NCBI GenBank assembly: GCA_951406725.2 | Contig: OX597822.1 | Coordinates: forward strand, 57,288,001 to 57,352,000 | Direction of reading: 5' to 3' | From: Octopus vulgaris | Taxonomy: Eukaryota | DNA length: 64,000 bases | In this document: positions 1-13,505 of the stretch, in pieces | Layout: every line of letters starts with the position of its first letter | How positions within the stretch are numbered: the stretch's first letter is position 1 | Program-made: the position numbers and the translations under genes | Notes under the pieces: model-generated | Told to the model about the DNA's origin: nothing | Databases searched by the model: none | What the model saw: the letters and a program-made list of their open reading frames with translations, nothing else

Positions 1-859
1 CAATATAGTTAGAATATACATATATATACGGCAGTTTATTTAAATTAGAATTTATTCTTCTATTAAAAATTTACCTGAGACTATATTTTTAAAAAACAAA
101 ATGATAACTCTAAACTGTATTGATTAATTTCAAATAATTAAATTCTAATTAAGATGGAAAATAAAGATGCTGAACAAAAATAAAAAGGGTTAATGTACAC
201 TTTTGCTCCTATTGTTTTCTCGTATTTTAAATATTGAATAATTTAATGGAATATAAAATCTTTTTGCTTGAATGCTCGCGTTTGTATGTACTTTGTTTTA
301 AATGAGAAACCTACAAATCAATTCTTAAATCTTAAATTCTCATTAGTAAAATTACATTAAGTCACACACAAGAAAATAAAAAAAAACATAACAGGTAACG
401 TTAACACTTACTTTTATGATTAAAACATTCACAGTAAAGAAAACGGGAAACTATTTCCATGAAACACGATGGCTCAGCAAAATATCTCGGGTACCATACG
501 AAGGTGAAGTTTTCTGTAATGAACCGATAGTATTAGTAACTTTGGTGATTGATTGTACGCTTGATTTTTCAAAATGTTCCACCAGGTGATCAATATTAGC
601 TCGACTTCATGCAGGAGTAGTGTGTCTATAAGAAATAAATACCACTTTGAATATGTCATCAATCAATTGTGTTGTAGATTAACGTTTCCTCATTGATTAT
701 TTATCTAGTTCTATATTGTAGACATACATCAACGTAAAGAGTTGTTATAGCATGCAGTCATCATATTAGTACATTGAAGTTAAATGCAATAGAAGTAATA
801 GTAATACACTTGAGTAATACACTGAGATACTGTAGATAAATGAGTACATAGTACCAGAC

Positions 860-1150
860 TATTCAGCTAATCATCATAAGGCCGTGACTTTTGTTCTCGG
901 TAGCGGGTTGCGTCTTTGGGCGAGACACTTTATTTCACATTGCTCCAATGCACTCCGCTGGCAAAAATTAGTTGTACCTGTATTTCAAAGATTAGCCTTA
1001 TGACATTCTGTGTCACGCTGAATCTCCCTGAGAACTACGTTAAGGGTACGCGTGTTTGTGGAGTGCTCAGCTACTTGCATGTTAATTACATGAACAGGCT
1101 GTTCCGTTGATCGAATCAAGTGGGAAACTCCTTGTAAGCGACGGAAAGCC
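860..1150 (+). mobile_element. tRNA-derived SINE, partial (CORE-like body)
   Basis: ttgggcgagacactttatttcacattgctcc...gtgtcacgctgaatctccctgagaactacgttaaggg...ctgttccgttgatcg; same family as 11930-12262 (+) and 51956-52344 (-). Confidence 0.8.
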
Positions 1151-1156
1151 ATACTA

Positions 1157-1159
1157 TAT

Positions 1160-1190
<31 letters not shown>

Positions 1191-1289
1191 CACACACAGA
1201 CACACAGACAGACACACAGACACACATACAGATAGACACAGACAGACACACAGACACACACACAGATAGACACAGACAGACAGACAGAC

Positions 1290-1370
<81 letters not shown>
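1157..1370. repeat. (GATA)n/(GACA)n/(CA)n compound microsatellite
   Basis: Read directly; explains the spurious LSIY/VC ORFs. Confidence 0.97.
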
Positions 1371-1806
1371 TTTCATGTGTTACTACCCGCTGGAAGCAGC
1401 GGGAGCACTATATAAATCAATGTACGTTTCATTAGTTTCTATTACTTCTATGTCCTTCTTGTTCCACTTAAGAACCAAGTGCAAATTATTCTAACTTGAA
1501 AATCCAGCTCAATTTTTAAAATATTTTTAGACCGTTTAGCTAGAGAGAGATGGAAAATGCCTTCGAACTTTTAGGTGGGAATGCTCGGAAACTAGTTGGA
1601 AGGAGACTTAAACTTGATTGGAATGCTTGCAACAGAGTGAACTCCGATAAAGTTATCCAAGTACAGATGGTGGTGTTGAACCAGCTGACTTGCTAATTAG
1701 TCAACCTCCCAAGTACCCAAAATGCTAAGACCTGGAACAAACACCACAAGGCATCTCGTTTGATGCTCTAACAATTCTATCAATCCATTACATTTAACTG
1801 GTTCTT

Positions 1807-2027
1807 TACGAGGGGGTCCTGAAAAGTTCCTATCTTTAAGGGTATCGCGGAAGGCCTGGTTGGAGGCCCAACCTTCCGAGTTCTTTTACAGGGTTTAGAA
1901 AAACTGAAGGACTGCTGCAATAAGTGTGTGAATTTCAGAAGGAAATATGTTGAGCAAAATCCTAATTAACTGATCCTCCTGTATTTTCGTTTACCCAACG
2001 CCAGGGACTTTTCAGCACCCTCTCGTA
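1807..2027 (+). mobile_element. mariner-derived MITE
   Basis: TA-flanked TIRs tacgagggggtcctgaaaagttcc / gggacttttcagcaccctctcgta; interior translates GLEKLKDCCNKCVNFRRKYVEQ, like a mariner transposase C-terminus. Confidence 0.85.
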
Positions 2028-3396
2028 CTTTATTGACTCCGAAAGAATTATGGTCAAAGTTATTCTCAGTAAGATTTGAACTTGGGGCGAAAAGAGCTGG
2101 AACAAATTCCCCAAGGTTTTTTTACCCTATCCTCAATCGCAGTAGTCAGCAAACTCTTGATATCGTTGACTTCATGGAATATTTGGTAACTTACCAATTT
2201 CTATCGCGTGAATTTCTAAAATATATTAAAATGCGTAGTTAATAAAAAAATTTCTCCATTTCAAAACAAGAAATCTTTCATTCTTTTGTGCAATCACCAC
2301 TTTATAATAAAAAATTTCTCAAGAAATTTTATAGAAGTGCTTAACGAAATTGATGACGAGCAACAAAAAATTCAGTCATTTTATTTTGACATATTCGGAA
2401 TATTTAATGCGAAATATGTGCTTGATGAAGACAAATAATTTCATTGATATTTGGTTAGAAATTTGCGAGCTTTAGCCTTAAATTACTGCGCTCTTCGGAT
2501 TCAGTTCGCTATATTTCTGCACCCTTAATGCTCAAAATTGTTTCTGGTATTATCGACCTCTTGAATATCCACATAGACTCCTAGAGGTCAATATTGATCA
2601 TTTTGTTGATCCCCGCTCTAACGAGTCTTCTATTTAACAGCCTCGATAAACTTGATTATAGAATATCTCTTTTTTTCACAGGTTGTGTGGCAATAAGTAC
2701 TTTATGGAATGGCTGAAATGGGAGTGTAAGAACTCTAGTAACTATCTTCAACGTCAAGAACTCGTGTCGAATGTTGTACCTGGCTCTAATACTTAGTTCC
2801 ACTCTGTAGTTTTAGTGCTTATGTTTGATGTCTAGATATAGTTTTAATCTCTAATTTAGTTGTCAAGCTTTAGTACCTACCTTTAATATCCAGCTCTAGT
2901 TCGTCGCATAAATACCCAGCACTTCGCCGAAAATAGACCGCTTGGTGAGGTTTCCGATACCAGAACCCAATTGATTTCCTTATCGGCGCACACACGAGCC
3001 GTTATAATCCTGTATTGTTTAGGGTAGGAAGAAATAGACGGTAGTCACGTTTATGACGTCCCCAAGAACATTAATGCCGCATGTGCATTGAAAAGATTAT
3101 AAATCAGGAATCATAATCGCATCTCAGAGAAAACTACTTCTGAATCTGCGTCTCCTTCAATGTTCAGAACGAAAATCAATATCATTCATAATGAATAGGT
3201 TTTGTGCGACACAAATTACATATTTTCATATGCACTAGAAAATCAAGCAATTGGATGATTTTTTCAACAGGTGTTTTAGAGATTTTAAACATTTAAACGG
3301 TTTAAGAAATATTTCATTTTAGTTTTGTCTCTGCAAATATATTAATAATAAATTTCATGTGTGGTTATTTCATTTATTTCAAATATACTGTCTTCC

Positions 3397-3445
<49 letters not shown>

Positions 3446-3616
3446 GGGTTCAGCAACGATTTTCTTCACCACACACTGAAGTTTAGAAATAGCAGTCAAA
3501 AAATCTTAGCTATTCCTTCTACTTTAAAGGGAGTTCCCAGAAAAACCAAAGCACTTGAAAACAAACCACGCAGGCAAAAGGGAAAGAAATGACGAAAATC
3601 ATTCTATATTAGGTTA

Positions 3617-3709
3617 CCTACGGACGCGCGTTTCGGAATTAAGTCAGTATAAAGCATAAATAATAAATAATTATACCTTACCCGACTATTTTCGTCTCTT
3701 CATCGTAGG
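3617..3709 (-). ncRNA. type I hammerhead ribozyme motif, C3->A variant, in a (TA)n-flanked PLE terminal-repeat fragment (3441-3831)
   Basis: Minus strand CCUACG-AUGAAGA-...-GAAAC-GCGC-GUC-CGUAGG: 6-bp stem I, palindromic stem III. Confidence 0.7.
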
Positions 3710-3828
3710 ATTCCACAATCATAAATAGTTGTATCTCAATTATTAATAATTGTATATTAAATTTGAAGGCACTGGAAAACATCACTTCACCTAACGGTAT
3801 CAGAGAGATCATATTCCGTGCTAGTGCC

Positions 3829-3892
<64 letters not shown>

Positions 3893-3897
<5 letters not shown>

Positions 3898-4429
3898 TGT
3901 ACATTTAAACACATAAGAGATGGCCATAACAGGACATCTGACTCGCTAGAAAGAGTAGTTAAACTCTAAACCACTATTTGGCTAATTTTGAAAGAAGATC
4001 TGCATTTTTGTATTTGCTGCCGAAAAATAACCGCGCGTGCGCGGTGGATTTTGAAAAGTTATAACATATAAACAGAAGGCATGTTCTTTATCGCCTCGTT
4101 TTTATATGTTAATCTCGGCTTTCCTGCTGACGATAGCTTCGCCAATGTAAATTATTTTATTTACCAAAGATTGCTTGAGACCATGCATGGTACAGGAAGT
4201 AAAGGGTAAATGTTTTTATTTTTCATTCCCTTTCGAAATTACCCCTAATAGTGGTTTAGAGTTTAACTACTCTTTTTAGCGAGTCAGATGTCCTGTTATG
4301 TGTTATGTGTTTAAATGTACACTGTATTTTTATATGAATAATATATAGTCTGTTGACTAGTTTTTTCTTCTCGCTAGACCACTGGTAGCAAAGAATTTTT
4401 CTAAATGCTTTTGGCTATGCTGAAATATA

Positions 4430-4430
<1 letters not shown>
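3893..4430 (+). mobile_element. (TA)n-embedded fold-back element (PLE-type inverted terminal repeat plus tail)
   Basis: Inverted arms 3893-3978 / 4247-4326, hammerhead in the spacer, unpaired tail 4327-4430. Confidence 0.8.
4121..4198 (+). ncRNA. type I hammerhead ribozyme motif (GAAA->GAGA)
   Basis: UUCCUG-CUGACGA-...-GAGAC-CAUGCAUG-GUA-CAGGAA; stem I UUCCUG/CAGGAA; palindromic stem III ACCAUGCAUGGU. Confidence 0.75.
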
Positions 4431-4479
<49 letters not shown>

Positions 4480-4487
<8 letters not shown>

Positions 4488-4790
4488 TAAGGGTAGAAAT
4501 TGATATTTATCAATTAAGACCAGTGGTCTAGCATATTAAAAAAGAATCCGAAGATTAAAATATTTATATATACCAATTAAGGACTGAACACGAAAAGTGG
4601 ACAGTCAACATGCTAGATATAGACGTCAAATCGCCGTTCACCACAAAAGATTATGTTCTCAGATCAAACTCAAGTTTGATCTGAGAACATAATCTTTTGT
4701 GGTGAACGGCGATTTGACGTCTATATCTAGCATGTTGACTTTCCACTTTTCGTGTTCAGTCCTTAATTGGTATATATATATATATATATA
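4480..4790. mobile_element. (TA)n-embedded near-perfect hairpin element
   Basis: Arms 4565-4670 / 4673-4778 with a 2-nt loop; tail 4480-4564; related to 17055-17244 and 61682-61872. Confidence 0.85.
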
Positions 4791-4885
4791 TAGTTGAAAT
4801 TTATAAAAAAAAACACATAAGACGAATATACGTGTATGAACAATAAGCAAGTTTATTAGTTTGATGCTCGGGAAAAATGAAAAAG

Positions 4886-4923
4886 TCTTTTACGTTTCGA
4901 CCCTACGCTTTTCAACACAAAGG
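4886..4923 (-). ncRNA. degenerate minimal hammerhead-like motif
   Basis: Minus strand CUUU-GUGUUGAA-AAGCGUAGGGUC-GAAAC-GUA-AAAGA; homolog of 63111-63148. Confidence 0.5.
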
Positions 4924-4992
4924 AATAAGGGAAAATAAACAGAGACAGAATTGAAAAAACTTGTAGATTTCGGTGGTCCAACATGGCGCGGT

Positions 4993-5089
<97 letters not shown>

Positions 5090-5169
5090 ATGTATGTATG
5101 TATGTATGTATGTATGCAAGAAAAAAATGGAGGGAAAATAACAGGAAGAAGTTGGTCGTTTGCGCTTGT

Positions 5170-7712
5170 AAGCCATTAATTTAATTAATTAATAAAGAAA
5201 AGTGGTAGTAATAGTACATTTACGATCGTTTCTGTTTACCAGTTGTAGTGGTAGAGATCATCAGAATGTGGAGTCATATGTAGAGGTAAGAAGTGCGAAA
5301 GACATATGGATACATTGGTAACGAGAATAAAGACAAAGAATGGTGAGTCTTACATTATAGTAGATTTCTTAGTTAATAATTCTGCTGCGAAGTGGATGTA
5401 GGATGGAAGTTATTTTGATCTGTAGTCCCAAGTTTAAATAACCGCATATTTTCCACATGTTTATTCAGGCTAGACTTTTCACCGGCGGTGTAAAGAAAGG
5501 GGGTTAACTCTAACTTATGGTGAAAAGAGGGCTAACTCTATCCGGGTTACTCAGTCCGGTGTGAGTAAGGAAATTATGTGTCTTTAGGCCCTAAAGTTGT
5601 AGGAAGTTCGTAGTAATGGAGGAAGCCCTGTGTAGATGTAAAATTATTTATTATGGGGTGTGTAAAGCGAGTGGGGGTTGGGAGGTGAATGTTTTTATGT
5701 AAGTAGTTTAAGTGGTTCCCGGCTAATTGGGATTATTTAGATAAAGATGCTAGCGTAGGATTTGTACAGGGTCAAGCGGGTTTACCGATACTTGGAAAAG
5801 ACAAAGATGCCTATATGTAGACAAAAATTACCGTTCTCATATTTTCTATTAAGGAGAAGTGGTTTAGCCATTAGAATTTCCAGGCGTTCGATTAAACAGA
5901 GATCGCACTGTCTATTGGTAGAGTCGTAAGAAGTTGTTTTTACGAGTATGCGCCAATCTAATCTATATTGTATTTATTTTTGTCCTTAAGCTCCCAGATA
6001 TAGCTACTAAGCGCTGTTGAATTTGCCTTACTCCTATTTCTGAAGCTAGATTAGTGAGCGTTGTACCTAAGTATCAATTCGTTTTTCGTGCCGCCTATAT
6101 AGGATTTTATATGGCTATTTGTGTATACATCACATTGGTAAACTACGTTTTTAGTCTTACATCTATTAGAGAAGTAGAACTTACTTCTATCCCTGCAGCC
6201 ACATAAATTATTAGGTATATCTATGGTCGTGTTGTGTTGTGGGGCGCTATTACTACTCTGATCTTTGTCTGTGTTACTAGGAGGCGCTTCATTAGTGGTA
6301 TGATTTGTTCTATTAGTCTGTTGGTTGTTAGATTTATTATTCATAATTTTCCTAGCTTCATAGAATGTTCTAGTTTTTTATTATTAATGGAGGCTATGAT
6401 CGTAGCTAGGTTACTAGTCAGGCTGTGGCCTACTCTAGTTTTATTGTTGCATATTTATTATTTACGTTAAGTGTTTATCTACTAGTTTCAGTAATGAGCG
6501 AACTATGTTGGATTTGTGGTGTGTGGCGAAAGGGATTACGAGCCAGATCTTATCACTATTACATATATTGTTGGTATTGCTATGTCTGGTATAGAAACCA
6601 CCCTCATTGTATGTAAGGCGTGTGAAATTATAGTTATGGCTATCGAGTTTATTCCTATAATTGGGTTTATCTTTACTATAGCTCCTGTCTGTTTTATTGG
6701 GGTTATTTCTGTATGGTTTATGTGGACTCAATGACCTGGTGCTATGGTGTTTAACAGGGTTTATCTTTGTTCTTTGGGGCTCATTATTTTTATTCTTATC
6801 GATGTGTAGGTTTATATTATTCTTATTATAACTATTATTGTTTTTCAACTTATTTTTATAATTCGTATTATTAGCCTTGTTAATGTTGTTAATTTTATTA
6901 TCACATTGTTGGTATTCATGTTGTCGTTGATTGCAATATTATTGGTGATTTGTGTATGGGACTTAACATTGTTTCTATTGCTATTATTTTTGTTGAGCTT
7001 ATCTATGCTGTTCTTATTGGTGTAGTTTGTAGTGACGTTTGGTGTGTGGTTAGTGTTACTGGTATTATCGTGTGGATTTCTGTTATTTAGGTTATTTGTA
7101 TAGTGATTGGGGTCTAGGTTTTAATTTTTTGTTTAAATCTTGCTTTATCTAGTGCAATGTTATAGATTTCCTTATGCTTACTAAAATATGTTGTTTGGAA
7201 GAGAGGCGTGATATTCTATTGCTAATACTATGTACTAAGCCTCTCTTAATAAAGTTCGGGTGGTTACTGGATGCGTTTATGTATTTGAGGTTAGTGTTGG
7301 GTTTTATATAGGGTTCGTGGTGTCCTGTGGCTAAGTTTCAGTTTGCGTCTAAGTAGTTAATGTAGTTGTGTTCCTTTTCTGTAGAAATAGATAGTCCAAA
7401 TCTTTTAAAGAATTTGTGTAGTTTTTTCTTGATAAGCTCTAGTTTTCTATTTGAGTGTTATTTATAAAAAGCGCGTCGTTCTGGGAATTCTTCCTGTATG
7501 TATGATAGCAAATAAATGCCCACCAGATAGGTAACCTGTGCTGAATCTGGGGCTCCCATAGTGATATCAAAAGAGTTAGGGGAGTCCTTTTGTACCCGCC
7601 GAATTACCTGCAACCGAACACATTTCACCAAGGACTGTTCCTACGCAGGTAATCACCAGGAGCGTCTTTGGATTTAACCATCCCTTAGAGGTTTCCAACA
7701 CCTCTAACTTAT
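5170..7712 (-). mobile_element. Penelope-like retroelement, Hydra-like, decayed (RT C-terminal part, GIY-YIG endonuclease, pLTR)
   Basis: FDITMGAPDSAQVTYLVGIYLL (RT, ~7500-7570); CGCRDRSKFYFSNRCKTKNVVYQC...YIGGTKNELILRYNAH and CDLC (GIY-YIG, ~5850-6200); stops and frameshifts; hammerhead near the 3' end. Confidence 0.85.
5216..5269 (-). ncRNA. type I hammerhead ribozyme, intact core
   Basis: ACAUU-CUGAUGA-UCUCUACCA..UGGUAAACA-GAAAC-GAUC-GUA-AAUGU. Confidence 0.85.
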
Positions 7713-7721
7713 ATATGTATG

Positions 7722-7829
<108 letters not shown>

Positions 7830-7857
7830 ACTTAAAGAATGGAATAGAAAAGATCCG

Positions 7858-7941
7858 GGTTACATATGTTTAATTGCAAGCGGAATCTCGGAAGTGGTAA
7901 ATATACAAGCGAAGTGTATACCGCAGGCTACTCTTCAGGCC
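7858..7941 (-). ncRNA. hammerhead motif, degenerate copy (GAAA->UAAA)
   Basis: GGC-CUGAAGA-GUAG...UAAAC-AUAU-GUA-ACC; mirror copy of 9292-9375. Confidence 0.6.
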
Positions 7942-9291
7942 AAAGATATCTTCATTAAGTGAAAGTTTATATCGTCGCAAGGAGGTACATGTTTACACAT
8001 GAAAGATTCAATCAGAATATGTAGAGAGCCCAGTAGGAGTGGAGAATATAAATGTAAAGAGAAATAAGGATGAAAACAAGGAAGTAAGTAAAAATACATA
8101 AGGGAATGAGAAGAATGAGGAATGTAAGCCAGGTCAATTGACCGGTAGTATTCAATAGGGTTGTTTTGGTCGAACGACAGAAACCAGCAAGGAGAGTGGA
8201 TTTTGATAAAGATAATGTGGAGGGAAGAGGGTGGGAAAATATTTTTGATCAAAGGGTAGAAATAAGTGTACATGAGGAAAGCAAGAGAGAATGAGGAATT
8301 TAAGCAAGGTTATTTGACTGGTAGTATTCAATAGGGCTGTTTTGACCGACTCACAGAAATTAGCAAGGGGAGTGATATTTGAAAAAAAAGATGTGGAAGG
8401 AAGAGGGTAAGAAATATATATGGTCAAGGGGAAGAACCCCTTATATCCGTCAAGTGGTCCATAGCCACCCACGCCAAACCATACAGCAACTATAATAACA
8501 AGTGTGATTTCTGCATAGCCGTGGTCTTGGCTATTTTGCGATCTACGGATTGTCTTAATGAATGCAGCAGTATAATTTTTACCTGCAAACATCGATCACT
8601 AAATATATTCTCAAAATACAAATGTCAACAACCCCACTCTGCTTTCTTTCCTCTAACTTTCATAAATTTTCCCTCTTATTTACCCTCACTACCACTATAT
8701 ATTAAACCAACAATATATCTTTCCTTTAATTATTATCATTTATATACTTCTCTCTGTATTTTTCAGTACCATTATAAAAAATTTTTTTTCTCATTTCCCC
8801 TGCCTACCCCTCTTCGTAAACTTACAAGTACATACGCCAACATACACCTACTACTTCATACAGTAAACATGCTTACCGCACGCAATATACATTCCTCAAC
8901 TGTAAGCCAGTAGTAGCCGCTACGATTCTTCCCCATTCTCTCTTGGTTTCTTCATGCAGACTTTTTTCTCCCCTTTGACCATAAATATTTTTCTATCCTC
9001 TTCCCTCCACATCTATTTTTTTTTTCAAATATCACTTCCCTTGCTAATTTCTGTGAATCGGTTAAAACAGCCCTATTTAATACTACCGGTCAATTGACCT
9101 TACTTAAATTCCTCGTCCCTCTCACTCCCTTATGTTTTTTTTTTCTTTTTTCCTTCTTTTGTTTCTAATTTCTCTCTACATTTATATTCTCCACTCCTAC
9201 TGAGCTCTCTACACATTCTGATTGAATCTTCCATGTGTAAACATGTACCTCCTTGTGACAATATAAACTTTCATTTAATCAAGATACCCTT

Positions 9292-9375
9292 GGCCTGAAG
9301 AGTAGTCTGCGATATATACCTCGCTTGAATATTTACCACTTCCTAGGTTCCGCTCGCTATGAAATATATGTAGCC
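9292..9375 (+). ncRNA. type I hammerhead ribozyme, intact core, long stem II insert
   Basis: GGC-CUGAAGA-GUAG...CUAU-GAAAU-AUAU-GUA-GCC. Confidence 0.75.
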
Positions 9376-9617
9376 TGGATTTTATCTACCCCATTCCTTA
9401 ACTCTTGTATTCTTATTCGTATACCCGGCAACCCTGATCGCCAACCGTAAAATATAAAAAGAATTTTTTCAGTTCATCGTATTTTGATACGAAAAAGATC
9501 TACAACCTTCCAGAAACAATAGTGGTTTATTAACCACTATTGTCCCTAGAAGTTGTGTTTTATATTTACTACGGATTGCTTGAAGATAACTTTCGTCCTA
9601 CACCTTGATTCCTGGAT

Positions 9618-9691
<74 letters not shown>

Positions 9692-10367
9692 AGAGAGAGG
9701 GGGCGTATATGCAGATAAAAATCTCACAAACAAAACGAGTACTGATTACAAAGCAAAGAGGAGACAGGAAAACAAACAGTCAGACAAGCTAAAGCTCAAG
9801 AGTGAAAAATCGTAGAAAAAGTGAAAAAAGAAAACAAGATAGGTAATTACAGCTAAGGAAGAAAGAGAAGGGACGAAAAAATAAATCTTTCAGCTGTTAT
9901 CCTTTAAACAAAAGAACGACGATTAAGAGAAGCAAGAGGAAGACAAAAGCGTTCGCTATCAAATTTAAAATGCCTCATTAAGTGGCAGGTCCGTGATAGA
10001 ATGTATGTATGTATGTATGTATGTATGTATGTATGTATGTATGTATGTATGTATGTATGTATGTATGATTTTTCTTTGCATGTACTATGATTTTTCTTTG
10101 AGTTTTATTTAAGTTTTTGAGACTGTTCAAGCCGGTCGCTAAATAAAGCGACAAGACTTTTTGAGTTAAGAGAGTTCCAGCTGTTTGTAAATACGTGGGT
10201 GAGTTAGTGTGTTGGTTGAACGGTGGATACATATACCCAGGTGTGTGCATCTATTCACATAGGACTTTCAGAAGTAGAATTTTGGGAATGTCTTACAAAT
10301 CTTCACTGTGCCACTAATAGATTGGGTTTGGAACATCCGCGTCAGTTTCTTTTACTCTTTCTTCGAA

Positions 10368-10560
10368 AGGCGCATGCCTTAGTGGTTAGGGTGTTGCACT
10401 CACGATTGCGAGATCGTGGGTTCGATTCCCAGACTGGGTAATACGTTGTGTTCTTGAGCAAAGCACTTCATTTCTGCGATCATTTCTACCCCTGACATGT
10501 GGCACTCGTTGCACCTAAACAGGTAAGGACGATCTGATGGAGGAAGTGAGCATATATATA
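10368..10560 (+). mobile_element. tRNA-derived SINE 5' part
   Basis: A box-like tgccttagtggt, B box ggttcgattcc, then CORE-like tgtgttcttgagcaaagcacttcatttc. Confidence 0.8.
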
Positions 10561-10584
10561 ATAAAAACAATAGGTTTTTCGAAG

Positions 10585-11573
<989 letters not shown>

Positions 11574-11594
11574 ACATACATTCATACATACATA

Positions 11595-11852
11595 CATCCT
11601 TAGCATAGCTAGGATCACATCCCATGGACTGACACTTTACTTCAGGACCAAACCATACTTCAGCCCTTAGAAATTATTAATTCTACGCAAAGCTCAGGTT
11701 GAGGTCCTCTCAAGAATATTTTTCTCAAATCTGGGAAGGTACTGCTACTTCATACACAGCCATAGTGGACAACGTCCAGAAAAGGTCTACTGGATCGACT
11801 GGCATAATTTCACTTACAGACACACTCTAACTTTTGGCCCAAAGGCAAAGTG

Positions 11853-11915
<63 letters not shown>

Positions 11916-12590
11916 CTGCAATAACGGCCTTTGTGGGAAGTTATGAGGTTGATCCCGGGAAACGTGTTTTGTCCTTGAGCAAGACACTTTATTTTATGTT
12001 GCTCCAGTTCACTCAGCTGACAAAAATAGGTTGTACCTGCAATTCAATGGGCCGACCTTGTCGCATTCAGTGTATCACGCTGAATCTCCTTGAGAACAAT
12101 GTTAAGAGTATGTGTGTTTTTAGAGTGCTCAGCCACTTGTACGTTAATTAAGGGTGCGTGTGTCTGTAGTGTGCTCATCCACTTGCACGTTAATTCCACG
12201 GGCAGGCTGTTCCGTTGATCGAATCAACTGGAACACTCGTCATCGAAACCGATGGAGTACCCAGTCATAACAGCATCTGCTCCTCAGAACTGGCTGAGCT
12301 CATGCCGCCTCCACGCGGTCATTTCTGTCCTGCTCAGCCCTCCCTTTTTCATAACTCTTGTTGCATACAACACTCCAGGCATCACACTAATTGCAACTTC
12401 CAGCCTTTCTTTTCCAAAACATCTGGAATTCCCTCTCAATTCATATCTTTCCCGCACGTTTTGACTTGGAAAGTTTCAAAAGGAACAGTAATGTCATCAA
12501 TCGCGCCTGTTTTGGAAGCCCACAAAGGCCATGGACACCACGCCTTACTTTTAAACCCAGCAAGTAAAAAAGATGTTTTCGTACATTAAT
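11595..12590 (+). mobile_element. CR1/Jockey-group LINE 3' fragment split by (CT)n and a SINE
   Basis: Remnant translations RTKPYFSP, VDNVQKR, CSSELAELMPP, WNSL, LESFK. Confidence 0.6.
11930..12262 (+). mobile_element. SINE (860-1150 family) with an internal duplication
   Basis: ccttgagcaagacactttatt...gctccagttcactcagctg; the gtgctcagccacttg...gttaatt segment is duplicated. Confidence 0.8.
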
Positions 12591-12775
12591 TCCTATATAT
12601 CTTGAGTACAGTATGATCCGAGAAAAGAATAGCACAATGGAATATTACAAACTGATATTCCAGAAAAATAGGATATATATACAAGTACAAGCATTTAATA
12701 GGGATTCGCAAACCTCAACATTTATATCCATATTTGCGAAAATCAGCATATATATCTACGTATACTCTTTTTTTA

Positions 12776-12976
12776 CTCTTTTACATGTTTCAGCCATGTG
12801 ACTGAGGCCATGCTGGAGCACCGCCTTTAGTCGAGCAAATCGACCCCAGGACTTATTCTTTGTAAGCCTAGTACTTATTCTATCGGTCTCTTTTGCCGAA
12901 CCGTTAAGTTACGGGGACGTAAACACACCAGCATCGGTGTTGGGGGTGAAACACAGACACACACACACACACACAT

Positions 12977-13031
<55 letters not shown>

Positions 13032-13505
13032 ATAATTCGAGACAAAACCACTATTTTAAAATCAAACAAGGAAAGACTTAATCAATACATAAAATTTTAA
13101 TATAAATTATTTATTTTATTTATTTTATTTATTTTATTTATTTATTTAATTTATATTAAAATTTTATGTATTGATTAAGTCTTTCCTTGTTTGATTTTAA
13201 AATAGTGGTTTTGTCTCGAATTATATTATATAATATTTTACTATAAAATTGGATTTAACCCTAAATCTGATTTTTCCCTGTAATTTTGGATTCATTCCCT
13301 AATATTTATTATATATATATATGTATATATACATATACACGACGGGCTTCTTTCAGTTTCCGTCTACCAAATCCACTCACACGGGTTTGGTCGGCCCGAA
13401 GCTATAGTAGGAGACTCTTGCCCAAGGTACCACGCAGTGGGACTGAACCCGAAACCATGTGGTTCGTAAGCAAGTTACTTACCACACAGCCACTCTTACG
13501 CCTAC
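12776..13505 (-). mobile_element. tRNA-derived SINE interrupted in its internal (TA)n by a hairpin element
   Basis: Head (rc) agtggctgtgtggtaag...gggttcagtcccactgcgtggtaccttgggcaag at ~13410-13500; body continues at 12776-12955. Confidence 0.8.
13030..13310 (+). mobile_element. (TA)n-embedded perfect hairpin element with 3' tail
   Basis: 80-bp arms 13030-13109 / 13147-13226, (TTTA)-rich spacer, tail 13227-13310. Confidence 0.88.

Noticed and set aside
1386-1412. GC hairpin cccgctg-gaag-cagcggg followed by ctat, like a Helitron 3' end
   Set aside because: The terminus is not CTRR and no matching 5' end was found
2682-2725. Plus-strand AG/GT-bounded micro-exon (LCGNKYFMEWLKWE)
   Set aside because: Single short instance amid decayed repeat sequence; consistent with chance
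9940-9985. Possible hammerhead remnant on the minus strand
   Set aside because: Both core segments are mutated and stem I does not pair
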